64,000 bases of DNA from Macrostomum lignano (lineage: Eukaryota), in the NCBI GenBank assembly GCA_002269645.1, contig NIVC01000359.1, positions 124,001 to 188,000 of the forward strand, given 5' to 3'. The translations under genes were made by a program, and so were the position numbers. Below the pieces are notes generated by a model. It saw only the letters and a list, made by a program, of their open reading frames with translations. It made no database searches and had not been told where the DNA came from. How positions within the stretch are numbered: the stretch's first letter is position 1; each line of letters starts with the position of its first letter. This document shows positions 1 through 12,700 of this stretch, piece by piece.

Positions 1-272
1 TGTCTGACACCCTGATTTGGCATCTCTGACACCCTGATTTGGCAGCTCTGACACCCTGATTTGGCAGCTCTGACACCCTGATTTGGCATCTCTGACACCC
101 TGATTTGGCAGCTCTGACACCCTGATTTGGCAGCTGACACCCTGATTTGGCAGCTCTGACACCCTGATTTGGCAGCTCTGACACCCTGATTTGGCAGCTG
201 ACACCCTGATTTGGCAGCTCTGATACCCTGATTTTGCAGCTCTGACACCCTGATTTGACAGCTCTGACACTC
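1..272. repeat. 22-bp minisatellite (TCTGACACCCTGATTTGGCAGC)n, truncated by window start
   Basis: About 12 direct tandem copies with a few 20-bp variants. Confidence 0.95.
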
Positions 273-3200
273 TAATCGTAGTTTGTTACAATGAGAATAA
301 ATATTTCAGTGTTTGAGTTGCCCTGGACCCTACCATCCGGAAGCAACTATCATATCCCAAGGAGCTGCATTGAGGCTGTCTTTTTTTGGACAGCTAATCA
401 ATGAGATCGGGGCGCGACTGTCTGTCATAATAGAAAAATCAGCGATTGAATCATAAAGGAAGTCTCTCTCGTATGCCCGTATCAGTGGCATCACAGATAT
501 AGGCTTGATATTCCTGTAGTCGCAGCTGCAAATCGAATTGCTTGAGCCTGCATGCATTGACAGGGGCAGAAGACGGACAGAGTAATGCCGTCAAAAGGCA
601 AAGCAAAGCCAGGGGCGCACAGACGATGTAGGCGACTTGTGCCTCAAAATATTTGGCTACAGTTCTTACAATTTTGCCACTCTCTTGGCCAGCAGTAGTC
701 GGGGACTAGTTGAGCGCGGGTGCAAAAATTCATATATTTGCAAAGTGCGCGGAAATGGCAAGAAATTGCCCATAGCCGGAGCGATCGACTAACCTACTAC
801 AAAGCTGCATAATTAGCTGGCTGTTGGGCAGTGTCCAGCTTACATATTTATATATTGGCCGATCGGGCCTCATTAGCATAGACTGATGCAGCAGGCCCGG
901 AGGATCGGAGACTACAGCGCTTATTCGATCGATTTTACTTGCTGACCGCGCCAACTTGAGGAGCCATCAAGGCTGTGGTTAGAGATGCCTGAATAAGACG
1001 CCCAAATAACGCCTGCAAATTGCTCTTCAACAGACAGGGTTGTAGAAATGCGATGCCAAGCTTGGCTCAAATAACACTTGGAAATCGAAATCTAGCAGTC
1101 ACAAAGGAAACTACGAGCGTGCTATCCACCTATTTAATCCCTGACGCCAGGGCTACGGCCGGACGCGCCGCTACGTGAATTGCCTGCTGGATGACGCTGG
1201 GGTGATCGGTCAGGCGCACGCTGTTGCTGCCTTCAGAGAGCTCGCGCTGAGGAAACTGATCTGACACCTTTGTGAACTGTACTCTGTTCCCCGGCGGTGT
1301 GCCTTGTTCTTGTTCTTTTTGTGTTAGCCGTGAATTAAGAGTATACTTATAACTTTGACGAAATCGCATGATTTGAAGCCATCTTTGATATATCCTTCAC
1401 AGCGCAATTCAAGATTAGACCCTATAAACAATAAATAACACGACAGAAAGAAAATGAAGTCTGCTTCGATATGCAGCAAAGACATTGATGGGAAACTGTC
1501 GTTTATCCACTAAGATTTTCTAACCATTGTCTAATTGAATAGATGTAGAAGCGATCTGCTTGCCGACACTTTAAATTCGGCTGTGACGAGTAAAAAATTC
1601 ATCGCACAATCTTAGTCCTAAAGAGGGTCCCAGATCCGTCAACAGCTTTCATTTTGAGCATCAAGTGGCATCAGGAGGCTCGGGTGTCCTACAATTCACC
1701 AAGGCAGCTGATGAGGAACCCATTGGCAAGTCAGCAAGTCAGTCAAAGTGTTCCTTCAGAATGGTATAAATGCTTCCGAATCCAAATCGTACCAACATCC
1801 TGACAAATCTCCTGGTAGTCCTGAATTCAGTGCAGATTTTTTAAGGCGTCACTGCATCTCATGGCCTCCCGGATCTGTGCTCATCCTGCAGCGATGTCTA
1901 GCAACCTAGACCAAACTCAGCGAGCAAGTTTTAACAGTGACGCAGCAAGGACCTTGACGAACAAGACAGCTCCTGTCCTGGAACTGTTTCCCTTGTCGTC
2001 TGAATTGAATCAACTTTACAACAATTTTTTCCTGTCGCATGACTCGACACGGAGAGGACAGGGTCAACGATAGGAAAGCATGCAGGCAGCAATTGTCATT
2101 TTCTTCATGCAGGACGCACACCAAAGATACTGCATCCGTAGCCGCAGGCTTTGCACTAATGAATCCGAGGGCTCCAGCAAGGCAGGGACGCATCTGTTAG
2201 CGAAGTCCGATCAGCACCAGAGCAAACACCACGTCAGTAGAGACAGTTGGAAAAACACCAGTCATCCATCCAGGCCTTATCTCTGTGCAGCCAACAGCGC
2301 TATAATAACAGGCTTCTGTCCCACAGTCTCTTTTTCTGTCGCGCTGGTTCGGTTGACTGTTTGCACGCTTCTTGTGTAATTGAAGAATAAGTAAGAGCTT
2401 ATCTACTCGTTATGTAACTTTAAGTATCCGTTGTGTAAATGCACCTTTTAAATGAATTAATTTATGATTTATCCACCTAACATGACTGACAAGCTAAACC
2501 AGGGGTCGGCAAGCTTCATCCTGCGGGATACATGCGGCGGGCGCAGCCTCTCTATCCGGCCCTCGGGTCCTGCTGTTCTCCCCACTTTTTTTTCTCTGTC
2601 TCTCTGCCCATCTCTACTCTTAACTCGCTCCTCTTCTTCTTTGTTCTTTCTCCTCTATCTCTCTGTCCTCTCTCCCCTCTTCTCTCCACTCCCTCCCTTC
2701 TCTAATTTTTGATCTTCCATTCTCTTTCCTTTCCACTCTCATCTGGCCCGCAGCCGATACGGGAGAGGAGAGAGGAAGGGCAGAGAGAGGAACAGGTAAG
2801 GTTGCACAGCGGATCAAAGGAGTGCATGCAGAAAAGGCAGAGCAGCATTAGAGAAGTGGCACTGCCTGCGAGCAGGGGCAGAGGCAAAACGGCGAGCCCG
2901 TAGAGCGCAAATTGATTAAAAATTATTACAAATAAACACAAAAAACAGTTCAGAATTTTCTTATTAACCGAAGCCACCAACAAGCCCCGCAAGAGCCGAA
3001 CCGAGTGCAGCAGTGGGGTGGTACCGGGGCTAGCAACAGGGCAATAAAATATTCAGTTAAGCCTATTCAGTGGCAGGTAAACAATGGCTTGTATTTACAC
3101 AACAAATAGTTAAATAGGCTTTTAACATACGCGAGTTACCTAATAACAAATTAATTACGGAAAGGAGTAAGATTATTAGTGAAATAGCGAGCTCGGGTAC

Positions 3201-3339
3201 TGGCTCCTCCGCAATGTAATTTAATTATTATAATGCAGTACATAACTTTAACATGAGCAGGACAAGGCAAAGTTGTAACTTAATAGAGACTATTAGAGCA
3301 GGTGCAGGGCTCGGAAATGTGGGGAATCTCAAGTTAAGA

Positions 3340-3757
3340 TGTACTCGTAACACTTGGGTTAGTTTCATCATTGTCAGCCTCATTATCAGCCACATTATCA
3401 GTCTCATTGTCAGCCTCATTATCAGCCACATTATCAATCTCATTGTCAATCTTTGTCAACCTCACTATCAACTTCATTATCAACCTCATTATCAGTCTCA
3501 TTATCAACATTATTATTAGCCTCATTATCAACATTATTATCAGCCTCATTATCAACATTATTATCAGCCTCATTATCAACATTATTATCAGCCTCATTAT
3601 CAATCTCATTATCAGCCTCATTATCAATCTCATTATCAGCCTCATTATCAATCTCATTATCAGCCTCATTATCAGCCTCATTATTAATCTCATTATCAGC
3701 CTCATTATTAATCTCATTATCAGCCTCATTATCAGCCTCATTATCAACCTCATTATC
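3340..3757. repeat. 12-bp minisatellite (ATTATCAGCCTC)n in the WDR33 3' UTR, starting at the stop codon
   Basis: Roughly 34 tandem units; the minus-strand unit reads TGA TAA TGA GGC. Confidence 0.93.
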
Positions 3758-6700
3758 GCCAGCCTCCACGATGCTGCTGCTGATAGTGAGGCGGTCTCGG
3801 CCGCATTTGGGGGCCGCCTCCGGCGCCAGGAAATCGCGGCCCGGGGCCCCATGGAGGCCGCCCGCTGGAACCCATCGGGGCGCCGTCCCAGCCGCGCTTC
3901 TGCCCGAGCGGCGGCATCGGCGGCGGCCTCGGGCCGCGGAACTGCGGCTGGGGCGGAAAAGGGTAGCCGCCACGCCGCTGCTGCTGCGGCATCGGCGGCT
4001 CCTCGTAGGACTCGCCCGAATCGCCGTAGGCTCCGTAATTGCCGTAAGAATCGCCTTCGCCTTTGTCTGAGCCGCCGATTCCCCCCTGCTGCGGCGGCTG
4101 GCCTCGGCGGGACTCTGAACGGCGAATGCCGTAGGCGCCCATGGGGCCAGGCGTGGCCGCGTACGGGTTTTCATGGTGTTCTGTGGCGAACAAGATTGGG
4201 TTTTTGACTGACTGAATCTGTCAAGCCATTCTGCAGCAGTCTACCCACTCAATAGGCTCTACCCACCAAGTCTACTCTACCCACCAAGTCTACTCTACCC
4301 ACCAAGTCTACTCTACCCACCAAGTTTACTCTACCCACCAAGTCTACTTTACCCACCAAGTCTACTCTAACCACCAAGTCTACTCTACCCACCAAGTCTA
4401 CTTTACCCACCAAGTCTACTCTACCCACCAAGTCTACTCTACCCACCAAGTCTACTCTACCCACCAAGTCTACTCTACCCACCAAGTTTACTCTACCCAC
4501 CAAGTCTACTCTACCCACCAAGTCTACTCTACCCACCAAGTCTACTCTACCCACCAAGTCTACTCTACCCACGAAGTCTACTCTACCCACCAAGTCTACT
4601 CTACCCACCAAGTCTACTCTACCCACCAAGTCTACTCTACCCACCAAGTCTACTCTACCCACGAAGTCTACTCTACCCACCAAGTCTAGTCTACCCAAGT
4701 CAGTCTGTTCTGCACTTTTAGTTGATTCTACCCACTCAGTCTGCCTTACCATAATCAGTCGATTTCGACTACCTAATCTACTCTCCATCGTTTCACTCTA
4801 CCCCAACTAAGTCTGATCAGTCTATTCTACCCTAATTAGTCTACTCTATCCACAGTCTACTTTACCCACAGTCTACTCTACCCACACACTATTCTACCCT
4901 GAACGGTTTACTTTACTACAGTCTACTCTACCCCCACAGTCTACTTTACACACAGTCTACTCTCTACCCTAACCATTCTACTCTAAGCTCGTACCCTCTC
5001 AATCTACTTTACCAACAGTCTACTCTACCCTAAACGGTCTACTCTACCAGTGTATCCACACTTAATACGACTAGTCCTACAGTGCCTACTCAGCCTACTA
5101 TACAAGCCACGCAGTCCACTCTCTTAGCCACTCTCACAAAGCACTCTACCAGGCTAGCCGCTTCTTACTAGCACTACAAAGCATCCAATCTCAGATGCTG
5201 TTGAGATGTCTCCTACTCTGCTGTCAATCTGCATGCTTAGCAGGCCTCTCACTTGTCTAGTTTCTCATTTCTAAAGCGTGTCACTGTTGAATGATTGCCA
5301 AACCCTGACACTTGGGCAGAGTAAAAAGAATTGCAGCCTGCGCCCTCCTGTCAAATTGCACTAAATAATTCAAAGGCATTGCTGCAATACCTACTTAGGC
5401 AATAGTACAATGCTATTAAATAATTTACAATAGGACTGTAACAATATAAGTATAATCTAGGAAAATTTCTACAACTTCCTGAAATATAGGGGTGATAACT
5501 CTGGCCAGTCCGCGGACAAATTAGTAAATATGAAAAGTACACAACATTCAAACCAATTAAGCAACCGTATTGCGAGAAGTGTCATTAGGAAAATTCGAAA
5601 AACTTTCTCCCCGAGCAAATGGAAAACAATTACAAGTCTTTCCTGTAATGGACTTTATGGTCTGGTAAAATCAATATAGAATAACACTGAATTCATAGAA
5701 AAACTAGTCGGGATGATACTCGGGCATCTGGGGAAGAATGAAGGTTAGGCAACTGGGGAATGAAGGTTAGGCAACTGGGGAATGAAGGTTAGGCAACTAG
5801 GGAATGAAGCTTAGGCAACTGGGGAATGAAGGTTAGGCAACTGGGGAATGAAGCTTAGGCAACTAGGGACTGAAGGTTAGGCAACTAGGGAATGAAGGTT
5901 AGGCAACTGGGGAATGAAGCTTAGGCAACTAGGGAATGAAGGTTAGGCAACTAGGGAATGAAGCTTAGGCAACTAGGGAATGAAGGTTAGGCAACTAGGG
6001 AATGAAGCTTAGGCAACTAGGGAATGAAAGTTAGGCAACTAGGGAATGAAGGTTAGGCAACTAGGGAATGAAGGTTAGGCAACTAGGGAATGAAGCTTAG
6101 GCAACTAGGGAATGAAGGTTAGGCAACTGGGGAATGAAGGTTAGGCAACTAGGGAATGAAGGTTAGGCAACTGGGGAATGAAGGTTAGGCAACTGGGGAA
6201 TGAAGGTTAGGCAACTGGGAAATGAAGTTTAGGCAACTAGGGAATGAAGCTTAGGCAACTAGGGAATGAAGGTTAGGCAACTAGGGAATGAAGCTTAGGC
6301 AACTAGGGAATGAAAGTTAGGCAACTAGTGAATGAAGACGCTGTCGTCTTCAAAGGTGGGACGATGGTTTATATTGTGTCAATTATTGTTTATGGCTATG
6401 ACATCTATTTATTTAACCTAAATTGAGAGCTAAAAAGCCCCCCACGCCCCTGGCATTAGTTAGTCTAGTGGTATAGTGGGGGGCTGGCCGCCCTGGCATT
6501 AGTTAGTCTAAGTGGTATAGTGGGGGGCTGGCCGCCCCCCACGCCCCTGGCATTAGTTAGTCTAGTGGTATAGTGGTATAGTGGGGGCTGGCCGCCCCCA
6601 CGCCCCTGGCATTAGTTAGTCTAGTGGTATAGTGGTATAGTGGGGGGCTAGCCGCCCCCCCACGCCCCTGGCATTTATTAGTCTAGTGGTATAGTGGGGG

Positions 6701-9700
6701 GCTGGCCGCCCCCCACGCCCCTGGCATTTATTAGTCTAGTGGTATAGTGGGGGGCTGGCCGCCCCCCACGCCCCTGGCATTAGTTAGTCTAGTGGTATAG
6801 TGGAGGGCTGGCCGCCCCCACGCCCCTGGCATTAGTTAGTCTAGTGGTATAGTGGGAGGCTGGCCGCCCCCACGCCCTGGCATTAGTTAGTCTTGTGGTA
6901 TAGTGGGGGGCTGGCCGCCCCCCACGCCCCTGGCATTAGTTAGTCTAGTGGTATAGTGGGGGGCTGGCCGCCCCCACGCCCCTGGCATTAGTTAGTCTAA
7001 GTGGTATAGTGGGGGCTGGCCGCCCCCCACGCCCCTGACATTAGTTAGTCTAGTGGTATAGTGGTATAGTGGGGGGCTGGCCGCCCCCACGCCCCTGGCA
7101 TTAGTTAGTCTAGTGGTATAGTAGGGGGCTGGCCGCCCCCACGCCCCTGGCATTAGTTAGTCTAGTGGTATAGTGGGGGCTGGCCGCCCCCCACGCCCCT
7201 GGCATTTATTAGTCTAGTGGTATAGTGGGGGGCTGGCCGCCCCCCACGCCCCTGGCATTAGTTAGTCTAGTGGTATAGTGGGGGCTGGCCGCCCCCACGC
7301 CCCTGGCATTAGTTAGTCTAGTGGTATAGTGGGGGCTGGCCGCCCCCCACGCCCCTGGCATTAGTTAGTCTAAGTGGTATAGTGGGGGCTGGCCGCCCCC
7401 ACGCCCCTGGCATTAGTTAGTCTAGTAGTATAGTGGGGGCTGGCCACCCCCACGCCCCTGGCATTAGTTAGTCTAGTGGTATAGTGGGGGCTGGCCGCCC
7501 CCACGCCCCTGGCATTTATTAGTCTAGTGGTATAGTAGGGGGCTGGCCGCCCCCACGCCCCTGGCATTTATTAGTCTAGTGGTATAGTGGGGGGCTAGCC
7601 GCCCCCCACGCCCCTGGCATTAGTTAGTCTAGTGGTATAGTGGGGGGCTCGCCGCCCCCACGCCCCTGGCATTAGTTAGTCTAGTGGTATAGTGGGGGCT
7701 GGCCGCCCCCACAACCCTGACATTTATTAGTCTAGTGGTATAGTGGGGGCTGGCCGCCCCCCACGCCCCTGGCATTAGTTAGTCTAGTGGTATAGTGGGG
7801 GCTGGCCGCCCCCCACGCCCCTGGCATTAGTTAGTCTAGTGGTATAGTGGGGGTTGGCCGCCCCCACGCCCCTGGCATTAGTTAGTCTAAGTGGTATAGT
7901 GGGGGGCTGGCCGCCCCCACGCCCCTGGCATTAGTTAGTCTAGTGGTATAGTGGGGGCTGGCCGCCCCCACGCCCCTGGCATTAGTTAGTCTAGTGGTAT
8001 AGTGGGGGCTGGCCGCCCCCCACGCCCCTGGCATTTATTAGTCTAGTGGTATAGTGGGGGGCTCGCCGCCCCCACGCCCCTGGCATTAGTTAGTCTAGTG
8101 GTATAGTGGGGGGCTGGCCGCCCCCACGCCCCTGGCATTAGTTAGTCTAGTGGTATAGTGGGGGGCTGGCCGCCCCCCACGCCCCTGGCATTAGTTAGTC
8201 TAGTGGTATAGTGGTATAGTGGGGGCTAGCCGCCCCCCACGCCCCTGGCATTAGTTAGTCTAGTGGTATAGTAGGGGGCTGGCCGCCCCCACGCCCCTGG
8301 CATTAGTTAGTCTAGTGGTATAGTGGGGGGCTGGCCGCCCCCACGCCCCTGGCATTAGTTAGTCTAGTGGTATAGTGGGGGCTGGCCGCCCCCCACGCCC
8401 TGGCATTAGTTAGTCTAGTGGTATAGTGGTATAGTGGGGGGCTAGCCGCCCCCACGCCCCTGGCATTAGTTAGTCTAGTGGTAAAGGGGGCTGGCTCCCC
8501 CACCGCTCCACCACCCCTCGAGAACTTTTCCCACATCTAAACACGTCTTTGTAATATGTTACAACTATATTCTAGCCTTCAAACGACCAGACATCAAATA
8601 CTTGCTTGCCGACATGTATCGTAATATACTTTTTGCACTAACAATCATACGTGCCGCACTAAAAGATTCACTGTTACTCTTTAAATACGTATAAAAAGAA
8701 AAATAAATTTAAATAAATGTAATTTAATTGTATAAAAAACATAATAGTTAGAGAAATAAAAATACTAAAAAACTGTTTGCTCTAAAAGAACTTTAAACTA
8801 AAAATTTTTCGGATCTCTTGGGAATCGAACCCTGCAGCACTCAATTATATGGAAACTAACTCTGCCACTGAGCCACAAATTGCTTACTAAGTTGGCCTAT
8901 TGTACACGTATTTTATATCGAATATCGCTAATAGCAGCCATTTCTACCATTTTTTCTGCTTTTTCATACATTTCTGCTCGTTGCATCGCAACGCTTCTAC
9001 CTAAAAATACGAGTCGCATGTCGTTACAGAGATAACATCAAGGCGCATTCATCCAATGCATTTTCAAATTATGTCAACAAATTTTTCGGCTGCTAGGCGC
9101 CAAAATATTAATTTTCACCTGTTCTGGCAGGTAATCAAACAGGTATTAAGACCTGTTAACCTAAGAATCAGTTTTCAAAACTTATTTAGCTGCATAATGC
9201 ATCCATAGTGCTGTTTTTAGACACCAAACTTGAGTCTCTAGGTCTCGCCAATGCAGAGTTATTAGCAAAAGTATGCTCAAAATTTGCCCAAAAATGGCCT
9301 ACTCAAAATTCGGAGCCAATTTTCTCAAAAATACGAATTTTCCAGCCATATTGGCGTATGACCGGTGTAACTTCAGCTATTCGACTAAACAATATTGAAA
9401 ATGCAGAAAAATCGGTGCGCAAAATTTCTTATTTTTCGACTTCAAAGTTTGTACCCCAAAAGGGCCGTTTTTCAATTAACAGGTAAAAAGTACCTGTTAA
9501 CAGGGGTTTTTTCAGGAGTGTCTTATGTCATTCAAAAGGGCATCCGATGGGCTACAATTTGACACCACATTCGAAAAAATTCGCCCAGTAATAAAAATTT
9601 TTCTTTAACAACATATGCTTTTTTGGTCGAGTCCCCCGGCCTCTTTTTTCCCCGGTTTCCGGGTCACTGCTCCGCACAGGTAGGTCCAAATGCTTAGAAA

Positions 9701-12700
9701 ATTTAGGAAAACAAATTTCCATATGTTTGACACGTTTTGTTAAAATTTCAACACCGTAGCTTAAAACACTTTCTTATTTTTGGAGACTACTTTTTGAAAA
9801 CGTGACCCAAATTTTCAAAAACACTCTTTTTGACCCTTGTAGCCATATAGAGCAGCAATGAATGGCCCAATCAAGCAGATCTCAGCATTTCCGAATAAAA
9901 GACATCCATTTGAGTGATTTGGGTTGAAAAATTGAAAAAATCAAGATTTGCATCTGTATAGGATAAGCCTCTTTAAAGTGCACAAACGGTTTGTACTTTT
10001 AAAGTGCAGATAGGCAGCCATGTCAAAAGTACATTTTAGCCCAAAAAATTATAGCGCATCTAAAAGCCCCAGGTGTTGTTTACATTATGCAGCAGCTCAA
10101 AAGCCGCGCTATTGCGCGTCCTTTTCGCTGCAGTACGGGCAAGGTTGAAAAACATGTACAAAAAATTGGCCGAAAAATTGCATTTTTAAAAATCAGATGC
10201 AGTTTGCTCAAAAATACGAATTTTCCAGCCATATTGGCGTATGACCGGTGAAACTTTAGCTATTCGACTAAACAATATTGAAAATGCAGAAAAATCGGTG
10301 CGCAAAATTTCTTATTTTTCGACTTCAAAGTTTGTACCCCCAAATGGGCCGTTTTTCACTTAACAGGTAAAAAGTACCTGTTAACAGGGGTTTTTTCAGG
10401 AGTGTCTTATGTCATTCAAAAGGGCATCCGATGGGCTACAATTTGACACTACACTCGAAAAAATTCGCCCCATTTTAAAAAAATTTCCTTAACAACGTTT
10501 GATTTTCTGCAGAGCCCCCGGCCTCTTTTTTCCCTGGTTTCCGGGTCACTGCTCAGCACAGGTAGGTCCAATGCTTAGAAAATTCAGGAAAACAAATTTC
10601 CAAATGTTTGACACGTCGTGTTAAAGTCTCAACACCGTAGCATAAAACGCTTCCTTATTTTTGGGGACTACTTTTTGAAAACGTGACCCAATTTTTCGAA
10701 AATGTCGTTTTTAGGCACTCTTTGGCACCTAGGCAGGTTATTGATGGCCCAATCGGCCAAATCTCAATGTTTCCGAATAGAAGACATCCATTTGAGTAAT
10801 TTGGTGTAGAAATATTAAAAAATAAAGTTTTCCATCTCGACGCCATAGGCCTCACAAAAGTGCACTAAAAATTTGTACTTTTAAACAGCAGATAGGCAGC
10901 CATGTGAAAAGTACATTTTAGCCCTAAAAACTATAGCGCATCAAACAGCCCCAGGTGTTATTGACGCTATGAGGCAGCTCAAAGGCCGTGCTATCGCGCG
11001 TCCTTTTCGCTGCGGTGGGCAAAGTTGAAAAAAATGCCGATTTTTCGACCTCAAAAAACACGTTTTTTGCACTTTTACCCTAAAAGTTAAAGTACAATCA
11101 AAAAATCCATTTCTGATCATTGTAGCGTTTGAATGCCCGCGTTTACTGAGCCCACTCGCTAAGCGCTGCCATATTCTCAATCCTTATTTTTTGAGATCAA
11201 AGTTTTTGACAAAGTCGAAAAAACGCAGTTTTTGGTTGCCATGGCAACCAAAACGCGTTGCCATAGCAACCAACTATTGTGCATCCGATAGCGCTAGGTC
11301 TTTGACACATTTTGGCAAAAACTGTTTGTAAATCGGTTGTACCGTTTTTTATTGGCAGCGTTTAAAAGTTGAAAAACGTCATTTTTAGTGTGTCACATCT
11401 GTTGCACATCTTATCAGGGACGATTTCGCAAAAGTAAGCAGTATAGAAAAAAATTCTCGCTTCGCTCGCATTTTTTTCTATACTACTTACTGGCTCATCG
11501 TCCCACAACTAGGGAATGAAGGTTAGGCAACTAGGGAATGAAGGTTAGGCAACTAGTGAATGAAGACGCTGTCGTCTTCAAAGGTGGGACGATGGTTTAT
11601 ATTGTGTCAATTATTGTTTATGGCTATGACATCTATTTATTTAACCTAAATTGAGAGCTAAAAAGCCCCCCACGCCCCTGGCATTAGTTAGTCTAGTGGT
11701 ATAGTGGGGGCTGGCCGCCCTGGCATTAGTTAGTCTAAGTGGTATAGTGGGGGGCTGGCCGCCCCCACGCCCCTGGCATTAGTTAGTCTAGTGGTATAGT
11801 GGTATAGTGGGGGCTGGCCGCCCCCACGCCCCTGGCATTAGTTAGTCTAGTGGTATAGTGGTATAGTGGGGGCTAGCCGCCCCCCACGCCCCTGGCATTT
11901 ATTAGTCTAGTGGTATAGTGGGGGCTGGCCGCCCCCCACGCCCCTGGCATTTATTAGTCTAGTGGTATAGTGGGGGCTGGCCGCCCCCCACGCCCCTGGC
12001 ATTAGTTAGTCTAGTGGTATAGTGGGGGCTGGCCGCCCCCACGCCCCTGGCATTAGTTAGTCTAGTGGTATAGTGGGGCTGGCCGCCCCCACGCCCCTGG
12101 CATTAGTTAGTCTTGTGGTATAGTGGGGGCTGGCCGCCCCCACGCCCCTGGCATTAGTTAGTCTAGTGGTATAGTGGGGGCTGGCCGCCCCCACGCCCCT
12201 GGCATTAGTTAGTCTAAGTGGTATAGTGGGGGGCTGGCCGCCCCCACGCCCCTGACATTAGTTAGTCTAGTGGTATAGTGGTATAGTGGGGGGCTGGCCG
12301 CCCCACGCCCCTGGCATTAGTTAGTCTAGTGGTATAGTAGGGGGCTGGCCGCCCCCCACGCCCCTGGCATTAGTTAGTCTAGTGGTATAGTGGGGGCTGG
12401 CCGCCCCCCACGCCCCTGGCATTTATTAGTCTAGTGGTATAGTGGGGGCTGGCCGCCCCCCACGCCCCTGGCATTAGTTAGTCTAGTGGTATAGTGGGGG
12501 GCTGGCCGCCCCCACGCCCCTGGCATTAGTTAGTCTAGTGGTATAGTGGGGGCTGGCCGCCCCCCACGCCCCTGGCATTAGTTAGTCTAAGTGGTATAGT
12601 GGGGGGCTGGCCGCCCCCACGCCCCTGGCATTAGTTAGTCTAGTAGTATAGTGGGGGCTGGCCACCCCCACGCCCCTGGCATTAGTTAGTCTAGTGGTAT

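Larger units (their letters stand above)
6324..11507 (-). mobile_element. Non-autonomous Helitron2/Helentron-like element, copy 1 (about 5.18 kb)
   Basis: 11-bp subterminal inverted repeats GTGGGACGATG (6356-6366) and CATCGTCCCAC (11496-11506). One end has a stem-loop TGAAGACG-ctgt-CGTCTTCA (6333-6352) and a CTAG(T) terminus. The other end has a long imperfect palindrome (11417-11504). Inserted between two Ts with no TSD; carries a central tandem array; no Rep/helicase ORF. Confidence 0.7.

Noticed and set aside
300-2400. Short ORFs and coding-looking frames (for example KGNYERAIHLFNP*RQGYGRTRRYVNCLLDD) suggesting a decayed gene or TGA recoding
   Set aside because: Stop density in the minus frame I counted is about the random expectation and no family motif was recognised; at most an unidentifiable decayed sequence
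2580-2880. Pyrimidine tract followed by a purine tract (possible triplex or hairpin)
   Set aside because: Low-complexity with no exact complementarity or mirror symmetry found
3228-4788. Overlapping ORFs such as LIMR, SLII, DNEA and GRVDLV repeats
   Set aside because: These are translations of the 12-bp and 18-bp minisatellites or antisense frames of the real WDR33 exon
6437-8500. Regular repeat arrays as possible CRISPR arrays
   Set aside because: Units are contiguous with no unique spacers, there are no cas genes, and the context is eukaryotic; the same applies to the 80-bp and 190-bp arrays
8811-8878. Functional tRNA gene
   Set aside because: A and B boxes are present but acceptor and anticodon stems cannot be formed convincingly
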